Positions 23,301 through 37,257 of a DNA stretch of 64,000 bases are shown here, in pieces. The notes under the pieces are model-generated. The model did not search any database and was not told the DNA's origin. It was given only the letters and a program-made list of their open reading frames with translations. A program made the position numbers and the translations under genes. Source of the DNA: Mytilus californianus (Eukaryota); the NCBI RefSeq assembly GCF_021869535.1, contig NW_026262667.1:1178001-1242000 (forward strand). Reading direction: 5' to 3'. Positions within the stretch are counted from its first letter, which is position 1; each line of letters starts with the position of its first letter.

Positions 23301-26300
23301 TCCATTGTAGTAAGTCTTTTATTACAGCGACACAGAGTGGTATGTACGTTGTCCATTGTAGTAAGTCTTTTATTACTACCACGTGACAGAATACGAACTA
23401 AATCTATTTATTTTGAGCAAGAAATTAAATCTTACATCTTGTACAGAAAAAAATGTTTACACACACTGATATTAACAAATATTAAAATTATTAAATCAGT
23501 TAAACAATTTTTTTTGCACTAAAACCGAGCACATTTGCGCACTGTTGTTATCACAGCGAGCGCGAGAAGAATGACTTAATTAAGCGACGAAAAGCAAAAT
23601 ATATAGTATAGAAGAAACTGTAAGTTATTATGTGAGGGGGTGGACAGGGGTAAGGCAACATGGGAATGAGGGGCGGGATATGGGGGAAGAGGTGGAGAAA
23701 AAATAAGGATATTCTGGGAAATATTTCTTTGCCGATTTTCGTCTGTGAGTGATTGGAGGCAAGTGGGAGTTGAGGGTAGGGAAGTAGAAATCAGGGACCC
23801 CCCCTTTTCCACCCCTCTTATGTCGACAAACGATTGTCTGTAATTATTGGTAAAAATAGGACATTATGATAATTGCAGTGACTGCATTTCTAATTAACAT
23901 GTAGAAATCGTTTACAGTTTTTAGAAATGCAGTTGTCTCCCTTTCCTCGCAAAATTCGACGAACCGGTTTATTTCAGTTAGTATATTATGTGTACTAACA
24001 TAAAATGTCCAGCACTAGGGTTTAAGACTAAAAAGAAGAACACGTCGTCGTAAAGATTTGATGGTAAGAAAGAGTTTCTGATGTTTGTAAGTCTTTTTTT
24101 TTATGTGTTTATTGCATCGGCGATGACGTGGCTAACATTAAGGCAGCGAGTCAACTGCCTCACCAATTTAGATAAAAATAGAAAAGTATATGAATAGATA
24201 GATGTATTCCTATGCCTCAAGCTTTGGTTCTAAACATTTGACTTTTCTGCTCTTCAATATTAAATTTAAGCGTAATTAGTCCATCATTTTTTGTATCATA
24301 AAAATGAAAAAGGTAGGTACAAATAACTTTTTTTAGGAACGGCCAAATGATAGTTTGTCAGAGGAGAGGAGTCAGAACTAGACGTGAATCTGACATTTTT
24401 AACCGGCAGTTTCAATCAAATGTAATGACTTAATGAGCATTGGAAATAAGTATTATTACATTGGTAGCATTGAATTACATTGATTTCCCAGTCAAATAAA
24501 AACCGATAATTTCACATGTGAAATAAACGTGGTTATTTCACTCTCTGACGTCATACAACAATAGGCGTTGTCAAGACGTCGAAAACGTCGGATCAAAACA
24601 AATTGTGAATGCGTAGAAAAAAGATATAGTTCCTTACATTTTCTACATTAATTTCATTAAAAAAAAGCCATTTGCCAATGTAATAAAAAGAATAACTAAT
24701 CAAAGAATTCAAATATCGAAAAATATTCAACTCGTGACCGAACAACACTGATAATTAACTCATGCGCTACGCGCATTCGTGAATTAATGTGTTGTTCGTC
24801 ACTCGTTGAATATTTTTCTCTATTTGAATTCTTCGATTAGTTATTCTATAATTATTTCATCCGATGATAAAATTATGCCAAAAATCAGAATTTTTCATAG
24901 ACAAGAACCTTGTGCCATGGTGTAGCCAATCAAGTCTCTTCTTCCACGCCCACCCCCAAAAAAAGAAAGGAAAAAAGAGGGAGAAACTAGACAATACTTA
25001 AATCTTAAAAATAAAAATCATGATTCCAATTATAAATACAATGTAGCTGAAATTTAGTTAAAGATACTAATTTGATTTGAAACATTTTCTTTGTCAGTTA
25101 ATTATTGTATACGACTGCATATTCAGTTTTTCTTAATTATAGGATATCTAGCTAGTTTATTTCTTTATTCTGCATAAGAATGATCCTAAGGTTGTACTGG
25201 TGTACAGAAATATTTACCATAGATTTCTTCCGGGTGGCAGTATGGTCAATGTCAGGGGAGGGGACGTTTGTTTGGCGTTTCTCGATGTATCGGTACGTAT
25301 ATTATTATACTCAGACACTTTCCAACATACCCCCTTTTTCCAGTGGCAGTCTGAATTCAGTATCCACCCTTTTCGATCGACCCATTTTGCAGAAACTTTT
25401 TAATGGGTATAATGTTGATTTGTTCTCATTCTAAACCACAAGGATTGACTGACTTATAAAAATGTGGTCATCCATGGACTTCTCCCTTCCTGTACTAAAA
25501 CCCATGCTTAAAAGGGGGTCCGTCTGTCTGTGTGGGTTGTATAAATACACAGCCACGTTCGGTCGGAACTAGAACATGTTAAATCCAAGGCCTCATGTAC
25601 TTGAAAAAAAATCAGATTTTATGCATAAGGGGCATTTTAAATCCAAAATAGGCATAAACGTATCCTCTGTTAAACTTACTAACATTTTCATAGAGGTTGG
25701 GCGATCTTTAAAAATACAGCTAAATCTAGCCAAAAAAAAAAAAACTGTGACACAAAAAAATGTTGACTCTAACTTGCACTCAATGAGAAAGAATCTTATA
25801 AATTATGGAATAATTTACTCTTCTAATCCGAAAGATCCTCTGGTAAAAAAAAATTATTGCAAATTATATAGAGAATATAACAAATGCAGAAAAAATAAAA
25901 AAATAAAGTGCTGTGTCATAAGCGCATGATACGCCCGTCGCATTTCAAAGAATAACGTTCCTCTGGTATCTTTCGTCCCTCTTCCATAACTCCTCAATGT
26001 CATATCAGAAATTTCTAAAAAAAAAACTAAAAGGAGGTTATTTTAATAAATATAAACCAGTCACCAAAGTTTCATAAAAACTGCCTAAAGCACTTTTGAG
26101 TTATTGTCCGAAAACTGGAAATCACCCCTTTTTAATGAATAAAACCCCATAACTCGGAAACGTAAAATTTAAAATTTATAAAAATCGAAAGGGAGCTCAC
26201 GTCAATAGACATTAACAATTCACCAAAGGTGCATGCAAATTAGTTAAAGCGTTTTTGAGTTATTATCCGAAAACTGGAAAATCCCCCTTTTTTAATGAAA

Positions 26301-26650
26301 AAAACCCATAACTCGGAAATGTAAAATCTAAAATTTATAAAAATCGAAAGGGAGCTCACGTCAATAGATATAAACAATTCAACAAAGTTTAATGCAAATT
26401 GGTTGAAGCGTTTTTGAGTTATTGTCCGACATGTTGACGACGAACGGACGGACGGACAACGAAATACCATAATACGTCCCGTAAAAACTTTCCATTTCTA
26501 AGTAGCAACATTTTAGCAGCGCCTACATACGGAGTATATATCTCCCAATTGATACGATATACCAGGGCTTGTGTTTCCTATCAAGATTTCCTTGATAGAG
26601 GGTTACTGCTCACAAGAGTTCCAATGGTTCCAAGTTGAAATCATCCTTTC

Positions 26651-27529
26651 ATGGTTTATGGCGAACTTGGTGTCTATCCCATGGCAGTCTACATTAAACT
26701 GCGTATGGTAAATTATTGGTGTAGAATTGTCCACGGCAAAGAAAATAAGTTGTCACACATTTTGTATAACTTTATGTTTTTTAAATATTCACAGAATAAC
26801 TGTACGTCTGAATGGGTTATTTTTATAAAAAATATTCTTGAAACATGTGGCTATAGTAATATCTGGTTAGCACAAACTGGCTTTAACACAAAATGGCTAA
26901 ATAATAGTTTAAAACAGAAGTTATTTGACCAATTTCAACAAAACTGGCGTTCAGATATATGTAATTCGTCAAAAGGTTTATCGTACAGATTATATAAGGA
27001 TAAGTTTGAATTCGAAAAATATTTAGATATATTACCAGATAGAGATAGGGTTATATTTTGTAGATTTAGAACTGGTAATCATAGATTACCAATTGAAACT
27101 GGTAGATGGATAGGTTTAGATAGAGAAAGGAGATATTGTAATTTATGTCAATGTCAAGAATTAGGTGACGAATTTCACTTTCTTCTGAATTGTAGATCCC
27201 TAGACGACTCAAGAAAACTGTTTTTGGATAATTGTTATTGTAACAGAGTAAATGTAATTAAATTTTGTAAATTATTACAAACAACACATAGAAATAAGTT
27301 AAAAAATATATGTAAATTTATAAAGGTTATAAATTCATTAGCAGGTCTTCCTGGTTAGCCTTTGTCTATCTGTTTTTCTATTATAATAACTAAATGATCT
27401 TGTATAGTAATTGTAACATTCATATCTTGTCATGTGCACAATTTATTTTGTATACTATGTATTATTATTTCATTCTTTGTACCAATGTGTATACAATGGT
27501 TTTAAAGAATAAAATTGTCTTGTCTTGTC
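26651..27529 (+). mobile_element. Same LINE 3' fragment, unit 3 (ORF 26651-27358)
   Basis: Identical ORF translation in the track. Confidence 0.85.
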
Positions 27530-28243
27530 TTTCGTAAATTTTACGGACGCCTTCACGAGTTGGTTGATCGTTATCGAATATCTGTTTCACAGACGACGAC
27601 GGACGTGTTCAAATTGTCGTAACCACAATCCCGTACTCTTTTCCCCGAATGTGACCTACCGAATTAGACTTGTCACTGGGTTTGCACTAAAATGAACAAC
27701 ACGACGGATGCCACATGTGGAGCAGGATCTGATTACCCTTCCAGGGCATCTGAGATCACCCCGGTTTTTTGTGGGGTTCGTGTTGCTCAGTCTTCAGTTT
27801 TCTATGTTGTGTTTAGTGTACATTGATTGATTAAAAAATAGTGCTTTTTAAAATGTGTTTTCCATGCGAAAAGCTGAGAACCGTTCTGCAATTCATTTCA
27901 AATTTTTAAATATGTTTTTTCTTATATCAAAATGGGGGTGATGCTTGATATTGATACTTGAACTTATAAAATGTGAACAAAATTAAGTTTCAAATATCAG
28001 CACATTATTCCTAAAGAGTATTGATATTGAGCCAAACAATTTTAGTTTAATGAAAACAAAATTGCAAAATCCCCTTACCGGAACTTTGCTCAATTACCTA
28101 TAAATGTCTACCGAAATTTACAGTATCACAGTTTTATGTACGTCCATTTAGGTTTAAATAAAATGTTACATTATCTCGATTTTTGACGTGTAAATATATT
28201 TATAAATACTCACAGATGGCTTAAAACTCGATTTTAGTAAGTA

Positions 28244-28275
<32 letters not shown>

Positions 28276-29452
28276 AGAAAAAATATAAAAGATTTATAAA
28301 ACGAAAGCAAAATTTCATATGAGACCATCAGAGGAGAAAAACTTTGTAAATTGGCTAATCAGTATAAATTATTGCCTCTGGAGGCATCCGATCTGAACAT
28401 AAGTAGATCATCATGTGTAGAGGATATCCAATACATTATTCTGAGAGGTTTATTCGAGGTGGCCAAGAAGTGGCAGAGAAGATGACAAAAAAAATAATTT
28501 CCATGTGATTTCAATGAGAAGTAGGTGCAATCAATGAACGCCATATGGATAAAAAGACGTGCACGCCAATGAAACACCAACCAAACGACAAAAAAAATCA
28601 AATTGCATACAGTCTTAAAAAAAGACAGTTATCTACCCAAAATGTCTAGTTTGATAACGTCCATAGTCTATATAAGTTGTGAATTGATTGGACAGAAAAA
28701 ATCCAATAACTACCGTCGACACCGAATTCTCAAACATTAAAGGAGGCGTTTGTCGAGAGTCTTTCAATCGCCTAAGGTTTTTAAACTTTTCTGCTTCAGC
28801 GCAGTTTCAAGGAAGAAGATTGTTTTGAATTGACCAAATAGAACCTTCAAAGGTTTTTCATCAGCACTATGTGCCATTAATTCCGCTATGACTGGTAGCC
28901 AATCAACATTAAATAAAATGAGGATCTGTGTAGAGGAGCAACCAATCATAAACATTCAGCTTCAAAACACGTCGTCTTGTTATTTCAGAGCAGAAGATTT
29001 TTTTAAATTGATCATTCAGAACTTAAGATTGTCTCTATATTCATATTTTTCTCCGATCGGAACGAACAGGGGAATTATTAAAGATTTAGATCTTCAATAC
29101 ATTATTCCTGTCAAGTTTAGTTCAAATTTGAAAGAGATAACGAATTCTGAGTGATAATTGTGAATAGCCCAGAGTGCATTAATAGCTTTTTTTTATGTCA
29201 TATTTACTGTTTTCAATTTGACATAGGCTTGTTTAAAATAACTTGAGGTCTTTCTCAGTATCAGCAGTAAAAAAAATATACATCATGACAAAACAAAAAC
29301 ATTTAGATATTGGTAATCTTTAATATATGAATACCGTTTTATAACTGATAACAATAACAATAAAATACAGTTTGTATAAAACAAAGCACCGAAATCACTT
29401 CTATTATAGATAACTATTAGCACTAGTAAATTTCTAAATTAATAAGACAGTT

Positions 29453-30328
29453 CTAAAATCTCATTGATTTTTTGGCATATCTTCGTTTTTCACCAGCTGT
29501 CCATGACTTTGACTTGACTCGAAAACGTCGCAAATCTTCTGAGTGGTCGGAATGAAACATTGGTCGATAGCTCACTGGGTCACATAGATCTGGCTGTTCA
29601 TTGAAGAATGCCTTGTAGCCACCATCTAGTAAATAAATTTCTGGAAAGTTCAGTGATGGATAATTTTCTTTATTGAGTTCCCTGTCTTTGCTTCTGAGAA
29701 ATCGTAACATTTTAGGACCTCTTTCAGACGAAAACTCACAGTGGAAGATCACAACTTCTTTATCTTTAGTCGGTTGACGAAGCAAAGTTAAAATGGTTTC
29801 ATGCAAATACATATTCTCCGCTCCTCTAATATGTCCACCTTCAAATTCATACGGGTATCGGCAGTCGATGATCCTGTAGTCACTGATTACGTCATCATAG
29901 TCTCCATTAACAACACCAGCAAGTGTCTGTGAAGTGATGCTTTTCAAATCAGAATGCTTTCCAGTGACAGTTGGTAAAGTATGTAATCTACTACCATCGG
30001 CTATGAAGTCGTCGTTCTCTTCAAGTTTGGTTACCACTGCCTTTATATCGGTACAAACTTTTGGATGTTTTGAACATCTTGAGCTGTCATCTTCTAAACG
30101 CTGTCTCTTGGCAGATTTCTTCAAGCTATGTGTACATGAAATATGATCATCCATACCGAGACCAGAATCATCGTCATCACCAGGAAACAGATTTCGTTTG
30201 ATGTTTGGAGTCATCACAGACATAAGGTCATTAGCCTTTACTGGTGTAGAATCAAAACTCCGGGTAGATATAGATGCTGGAATGACATTAATTTCATCAT
30301 ATGTGTCAAATAGTCGTCTTGAAAGCAT
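29453..30328 (-). CDS. cdc25: Cdc25 phosphatase copy B3, protein identical to B1
   Basis: ORF-track translation is identical to 9421-10296. Confidence 0.97.
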   Translation of the reverse strand: MLSRRLFDTYDEINVIPASISTRSFDSTPVKANDLMSVMTPNIKRNLFPGDDDDSGLGMDDHISCTHSLKKSAKRQRLEDDSSRCSKHPKVCTDIKAVVTKLEENDDFIADGSRLHTLPTVTGKHSDLKSITSQTLAGVVNGDYDDVISDYRIIDCRYPYEFEGGHIRGAENMYLHETILTLLRQPTKDKEVVIFHCEFSSERGPKMLRFLRSKDRELNKENYPSLNFPEIYLLDGGYKAFFNEQPDLCDPVSYRPMFHSDHSEDLRRFRVKSKSWTAGEKRRYAKKSMRF

Positions 30329-32540
30329 TTTTGTTGGTGGTCTGAATTTAAACTGTCAAGTATAACGAATTAAATGTTAAATGTTTATGTTTGAAATATT
30401 ACAAATTTCTATATTTATATTTTTGATTTGACAATAACTAATTCCGGGCTCTAATAGGAAACCCGTGCTCATCTCGTTACTCAAGCAGTGTTCAACTCGG
30501 GGTCAACGTTGTAAAGCTTTTGTTAATTGTTTAATTAATCGCCAATCAATGTCTATGATTGAATTTGTTAGATCAAAAACATTTTCAAATAATTACTCTG
30601 GGATTTAAGGCTACAAAGATGATTACAATCAATGACACAAAGTAATAAAGGCACAGAAGTAAGATAAGTGTTCACATAACAATTTTAATTCTAACGATAC
30701 AAATTAAATCAATGGGGAAAAAAGATAAACAAAAAGTAAATTCGTCTATTATAAAACATGTCTATATGTACATAATATACGTTACAGAATAAAACATTTT
30801 TACGCCTATTTAATGTAAGATAACAGACTTTGGCACAGCAATGAATTAAATTAATATTTGTGAATAAAAACACTTATTTTTGTTTATCATCAAAAGACGT
30901 AAAGGATCCTAAAATCGTATTATAATAGACACGTTAACATTACATGGGCTTCATCTTCTAAAATATTTTTACAATTATCATAGACTCAAAATCGTAAATT
31001 TTTCAAATCTCCATGATCGATTCTTTTTTTTTATAAACGACATTATATATTTATTCACCAAATATGCTTGTTACATTGTTACTTCAAGAAACCAAGCTTT
31101 TCTTGATGTATCCTGTAATATTCCACCGATTACCCAGGATAATAATCAGCTGCTGGTATATATGCAGTAGCTGTCGTTTGTTGATGTGGTTCATAAGTGT
31201 TTCTCGTTTTTTATATAGATTAGACCGTTGGTTTTCCCGTTTGAATGGTTTTACACTAGTAATTTTTGGGGCCCTTTATATGTATGCTTGCTGTTCGGTG
31301 TGAGCCAAAGCTCCGTGTTGAAGACCGTACTTTGACCATGTTGACCTATAATGGTTTACTTTTATAAATTTTGACTTGGATGGAGAGTTGTCTCATACCA
31401 CATCTTCTTATATCTATGTATGTACACACTTCTTGAAATACAATTGTACAACATTTTTATCCATAATGTTTTTATCTATTCAGTCGGCTATACTTCTTTT
31501 TAGTGACTTCAGTAATGGATTAAATTTTTTTGTTCTGTTTTCGTTATATCTTTTTATGTATTCTTGAACAAAAATTTGATAAACATTTACATTTGTCAAT
31601 TTCTGATTAGATACATAATATGCTTTGTATATAGAAAAACCTAAAATTGATAGGAAATAATTCAGACCAAATTAATTTAATCGATTCTTAGTGGTGCTAC
31701 TCCATTTGAAATTTTTAATAGAAAATAGATTAAAATAAAACGAGATTGGGTAAAGTTCCTAAACATTTGTATCAATTCATTTTTAAATCGTTTATAGTGT
31801 AATATACCTATATGTCTTTTTGTAAAATAATATATTATAGGGTATGATTTTTTAAATATTCAATACATGTGAAAAGGGTGGGGTACTGGATGTCTCAGCT
31901 GCACACCCCAGCCACAGAAGGATCGAACTGGCCCCGGGGCTTGGTGACCGACGAAGAGCTGGTTGACATGCTGATGGACACAATTCTGCACTGCTATTTT
32001 GAAGAGTTTTTTCTTTACTCGTAATGATAGTATTGCAAAACAAGTACTATTTTAAAAAAACTCCGACACCTTCAGATGGAGGCATTTTGTTAAAAGTTAT
32101 TTTTTTTAAGTCTTTTTTGATTATATGACAAGACAATTGTCTGGAAAATTATTCTGGTCATTGCAGAAGTGTCTCCCTATACTGATTTTAAGACGTTGCT
32201 TATTAAATCTTCCATAAAGTACAGCCACCGGAACTACTATAATTCCGATAGTGTGGTCATTCATTATAAAAAATAAGGAGATGATTGATAAAAGAATCTC
32301 ATAAAAAAATGCATGTTGATGCTTTTGTCCTTCAGAAAATTGAGTGTTGATGACATATTTTTTTTCCTAATTTCTGTTAATTTTATTATACTTATTTCAA
32401 GGAACTTTGTGTGCTGATTCGCATATAGACAAGTTACGATTAAAAGAGAGACATGTATAATCGAAAAGAACGTAAAATCTTAGACACAAAGATAAAGTTT
32501 TTAGTATCTCTGACCAGTCGTGTGCGATTAATCACAAGGA

Positions 32541-33100
32541 CTAGCGACACAAAGTGGTATGAACGTTGTCTATTGTAGTAAGTCTTTTATTACAGCGACA
32601 CAAAGTGGTATGTACGTTGTCCATTGTATTAAGTCTTTTATTACAGCGACACAAAGTGGTATGTACGTTGTCCATTGTAGTAAGTCTATTATTACAGCGA
32701 CAAAAAGTAATATGTACGTTGTCCATTGTAGTAAGTCTTTTATTACAGCGACACAAAGTGGTATGTACGTTGTCCATTGTAGTAAGTCTATTATTACAGC
32801 GACACAAAGTGGTATGTACGTTGTCCATTGTGGTAAGTCTTTTATTACAGCGACACAAAGTGGTATGTACGTTGTCCATTGTAGTAAGTCTTTTTTACAG
32901 CGACACAAAGTGATATGTACATTGTCCATTGTAGTAAGTCTTTTATTTCATCAACACAAAGTGGTATGTACGTTGTCCATTGTAGTAAGTCTATTATTAC
33001 AGCGACACAAAGTGGTGTGTACGTTGTCCATTGTAGTAAGTCTTCTTTACAGCGACACAAAGTGATATGTACGTTGTCCATTGTAGTAAGTCTTTTATTA
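32541..33100. repeat. 51-bp minisatellite, 11 copies (diverged paralog)
   Basis: Same unit; starts at 32541, 32592, 32643, 32694, 32745, 32796, 32847, 32897, 32948, 32999, 33049. Confidence 0.95.
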
Positions 33101-35083
33101 CCACCACGTGACAGATTACGAACTAAATCTATTTATTTTGAGCAAGAAATTAAATCTTACATCTTGTACAGAAAAATTAACAAATATCAAAATTATTAAA
33201 TCAGTTAAACATTTTTTTTTTTGCACTAAAACCGAGCACATTTGCGCACTGTTGTTATCACAGCGAGCGCGAGAAGAATGACTCAATTAAGCGACGAAAA
33301 GCAAATCGTATATAATATAGAAGAAACTGTAAGTTATTATGTGAGGGGGTGGACAGGGGTAAGGCAACATGGGAATGAGGGGCGGGATATGGGGGAAGAG
33401 GTGGAGAAAAAATAAGGATATTCTGGGAAATATTTCTTTGCCGATTTTCGTCTGTGAGTGATTGGAGGGAAGTGGGAGTTGAGGGTAGAGAAGTAGAATC
33501 AGGGACCCCACTTGTCCACCTCTCTTATGTCGACAAACAATTGTCTGTAATTATTGGTAAAAATAGGACATTATGATAATTGCAGTGACTGCATTTCTAA
33601 TTAACATGTAGAAATCGTTTACAGTTTTTAGAAATGCAGTTGTCTCCCTTTCCTTGCAAAATTCGACGAACCGGTATATTTCAGTTATTATATCATGTGT
33701 ACTAACATAAAATGTCCAGCACTAGAGTTTAAGACGAAAAAGAAAAATACGTCGTCGTAAAGATTTGATGGTAAAAAGGAGTTTCTGATGTTTGTAAGTC
33801 TTTTTTTATGTGTTTATTGCATCGGCGATGACGTGGCTAACATTTAGGCAGCGAGTCAACTGCCTCACCAATTTAAATAAAAATAGAAACGTATATGAAC
33901 AGATAGATGTATTCCTGTGCCTCAAGCTTTGGTTCCAAACATTTGACTTTTCTGCTTATCAATATTAAATTTAAGCGTAATTAGTCCATCATTGTATCAT
34001 AAAAATGACCAAGGTAGGTACAAATAACTTTTTTTAGGAACGGCCAAATGATAGTTTGTCAGAGGAGTCAGAACTAGACGTGAATCTGACATTTTTAACC
34101 GGCAGTTTCAATCAAATGTAATGACTTAATGAGCATTGGAAATAAGTATTATTTCATCCGATGATAAAATTATGCCAAAAATCAGAATTTTTCATAGACA
34201 AGAACCTTGTGCCATGGTGTAGCCAATCAAGTCTCTTCTTCCACGCCCACCCCCAAAAAAAGAAAGGAAAAAAGAGGGAGAAACTAGACAATACTTAAAT
34301 CTTAAAAATAAAAATCATGATTCCAATTATAAATACAATGTGGCTGGAATTTATTTAAAGATACTAATTTGATTTGAAACATTTTCTTTGTCAGTTAATC
34401 ATTGTATACGACTGCATATTCAGTTTTTCTTAAATATAGGATATCTAGCTAGTTTATTTCTTTATTCTGCATAAGAATGATCCTAAGGTTGTACTGGTGT
34501 ATAGAAATATTTAACATAGATTTCTTCCGGGGCAGTATGGTCAATGTCAGGGGAGGGGACGTTTGTTTGGCGTTTTTCGATGTATCGGTACGTATACTAT
34601 TATACTCAGACACTTTCCAACATACCCCCTTTTCCCAGTGGCAGTCTAAATTCAGTATCCACCCTTTTCGATCGACCCATTTTGCAGAAACTATTTAATG
34701 GGTATAATGTTGATTTGTTCTCATTCTAAACCACAAGGATTGACTGACTTATAAGAATGTGGTCCTCCATGGACTTCTCCCTTCCTGTACTAAAACCCAT
34801 GCTTAAAAGTGTGTCCGTCTGTCTGTCTGTCATAAACGAAGCCTCAGTTAAACTTACTAACATTTTCATAGAGGCTGGGCGATCTTTAAAAAAACAGCAA
34901 AATCTAGCAAAAAGAAAAAGAACTGTGACACAAAATAATGTTGACTCTGACTTGCACTCAATGAGAAAGAATCTTATAAATTATGGAATAATTTACTGTT
35001 CTAATCCGAAAGATCCTCTGGTAAAAAAAAATTATTGCAAATTATATAGAGAATATAACAAATGCAGAAAAACTAAAAAAAAA

Positions 35084-35816
35084 AAGTGCTGCGCCATAAG
35101 CGCATGATACGCCCGTCGCATTTCAAAGAATAAAATTCCATAACTCCTCAATGTCATATCAGAAATTTATTAAAAAAAAAAAAGGAGGTTATTTTAATAA
35201 ATATAAACCAGTCACCAAAGTTTCATAAAAACTGCCCAATGCACTTTTGAGTTCAATGATTGTCCGAAAACTGGAAATCACACCTTTTTAATGAATAAAA
35301 CCCCATAACTCGGAAACGTAAAATCTAAAATTATAAAAATCGAAAGGGGGCTCACGTCAATAGACATAAACAATTCACCAAAGTTGCATGTAAATTAGTT
35401 AAAGCGTTTCTGAGTTATTGTCTGAAAACTGGAAAATCCCCCTTTTTTAATGAATAAAACCCCACAACTCGGAAACGTAAAATCTAAAAATTTATAAAAA
35501 TTGAAAGGGAGCTCACAGCAATAGTTATAAACAATTCACCAAATTTCATGCAAATTGGTTAAAGCGTTTTTGAGTTATACGAAAACTGGAAAACCCCCCC
35601 TTTTTAATGAATAAAACCCCATAACTCGGAAACGTAAAATCTAAAATTTATAAAAATAGAAAGGGAGCTCACGTCAATAGATATAAAGAATTCACCAAAG
35701 TTTAATGCAAATTGGTTGAAGCGTTTTTGAGTTATTGTCCGACATGTTGACGACGAACGGACGGACGGACAACGGTATATCATAATACGTCCCGTACTTT
35801 TTCGGGCGTATAAAAA
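35084..35816 (+). mobile_element. Intact Helentron-type HINE inserted in a LINE ORF2
   Basis: Subterminal inverted repeat ATACGCCCG (35107-35115) / CGGGCGTAT (35803-35811), (GACG)n, 3' hairpin and about 3.5 central ~155-bp repeats. LINE coding sequence lies on both flanks. Confidence 0.8.
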
Positions 35817-36016
35817 CTGTTTAAAGAAGACATTTTAGAGCAATTAGAAATTCTTCATGAGGACATTCCTAACCGATATTGGAAGTTGTTTAATAAGTTA
35901 CAGGACAAAGATCATGATTCTTCAGTTAACAATATATTATCACTAACTGGCTTCATCATTTTCAAGAATTAAGTTAGGTTAACTTTTTGTAAAGATATAT
36001 AGGGTAAAACATCTTG

Positions 36017-36528
36017 ATTAGAGTTTGAAGTCTGCTGAGATATCTCAGAAATGTTTTAATGAATTAGAGTTTGAAGTCTCCTGAGATATCTCAGAAATGT
36101 TTTAATGAATTAGAGTTTGAAGTCTGCTGAGATATCTCAGAAATGTTTTAATGAATTAGAGTTTGAAGTCTCCTGAGATATCTCAGAATTGTTTTAATGA
36201 ATTAGAGTTTGAAGTCTGCTGAGATATCTCAGAAATGTTTTAATGAATTAGAGTTTGAAGTCTGCTGAGATATCTCAGAAATGTTTTAATGAATTAGAGT
36301 TTGAAGTCTGCTGAGATATCTCAGAAATGTTTTAATGAATTAGAGTTTGAAGTCTGCTGAGATATCTCAGAAATGTTTTAATGAATTAGAGTTTGAAGTC
36401 TGCTGAGATATCTCAGAAATGTTTTAATCAATTAGAGTTTGAAGTCTGCTGAGATATCTCAGAAATGTTTTAATCAATTAGAGTTTGAAGTCTGCTGAGA
36501 TATCTCAGAAATGTTTTAATCAATTAGA
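36017..36528. repeat. 46-bp minisatellite, 11 copies, each with the 14-bp palindrome CTGAGATATCTCAG
   Basis: Unit ATTAGAGTTTGAAGTCTGCTGAGATATCTCAGAAATGTTTTAATGA; starts at 36017 and 36063, through 36523. Confidence 0.97.
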
Positions 36529-36851
36529 TTTTGTTATTACTGATACTGAACTTATCACTGCCATCTCAAAATTAAAATGAAACAAATAACATGATTAACT
36601 GCAGCTATTATTTTAATTGGCTGCTTCAAAAAATATTCAACTCTTGTTTGAGTAATGGCACATATCCTGAAGAATGGGCTGAATGATATATTACACCCTT
36701 ACATAAGGCTAATGAAATTCTTGATCCAAATAACTATCGTGGTTTAACTTTAACTGGTTCAATAGGGAAATTGTTCAATTCTATTTTGAACTCCCGTCTT
36801 GACAAATTTCTAATCGAACACAAAATAATTGATGGCTGCCAAATTGGCTTC

Positions 36852-37257
36852 AAATGTCAAAACAGGAAATAAAAATCCTTAGAAATAAATATATATACCA
36901 CAATATTATACTGCAAATCCAACGGAGTACAAATTAAAATGGTTCATAATATTTAGTAATGTTGAACTTTACAAAAACTTAACAATTTTTTTAAAAATCC
37001 TTACATTATGATTTTTGTTTGTCTTTTTGAGTTGAATGTTGTAATTTGTACATTGACATTTTGCTGTATTTTATTATTCATTCATGATTATCTGGGACTA
37101 TTATATATAGTTCGTATAATAATCCCAGTAATTATGTTTGTGTAAATGTATTGATTAATTTATACAAATGTGTTTTTGTGTATGTAAGGTGTCCTCTTGT
37201 ACACCTACGTGTCTGAGGTTTAGTGATAAAGTATTGTTTATTGTCTATTGTCTATTG
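36852..37257 (+). mobile_element. Second LINE 3' end fragment with (TCTATTG)n tail inserted into the older LINE
   Basis: Interrupts GGCTTCA|ACGAAGAAAG (GF-TKK) and ends ATAAAGTATTGTTTATTGTCTATTGTCTATTG. Confidence 0.6.

Larger units (their letters stand above)
20524..30541. repeat. Tandem segmental repeat unit 3 (10,018 bp); identity continues to ~30734
   Basis: Near-identical to units 1 and 2. Private substitutions seen at 23335, 28787 and 29405. Confidence 0.95.
30735..35816. repeat. Older diverged paralogous copy of the cdc25 upstream region (unit positions ~697-6467)
   Basis: Same order of elements with many substitutions and indels: a ~240-bp loss at 30741, a 399-bp difference at ~34150, and 11 vs 7 copies of the 51-bp repeat. 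Confidence 0.92.

Noticed and set aside
505-30541. Entire array as an assembly artefact
   Set aside because: Not favoured, because units carry private non-homopolymer substitutions including a CpG transition, and unit 1 shares A2538 with the diverged paralog while units 2 and 3 share G. It cannot be excluded without reads.
36017-36528. CRISPR-like appearance of palindromic repeats
   Set aside because: The units are directly adjacent with no unique spacers, there are no cas genes and the context is eukaryotic; this is a minisatellite.
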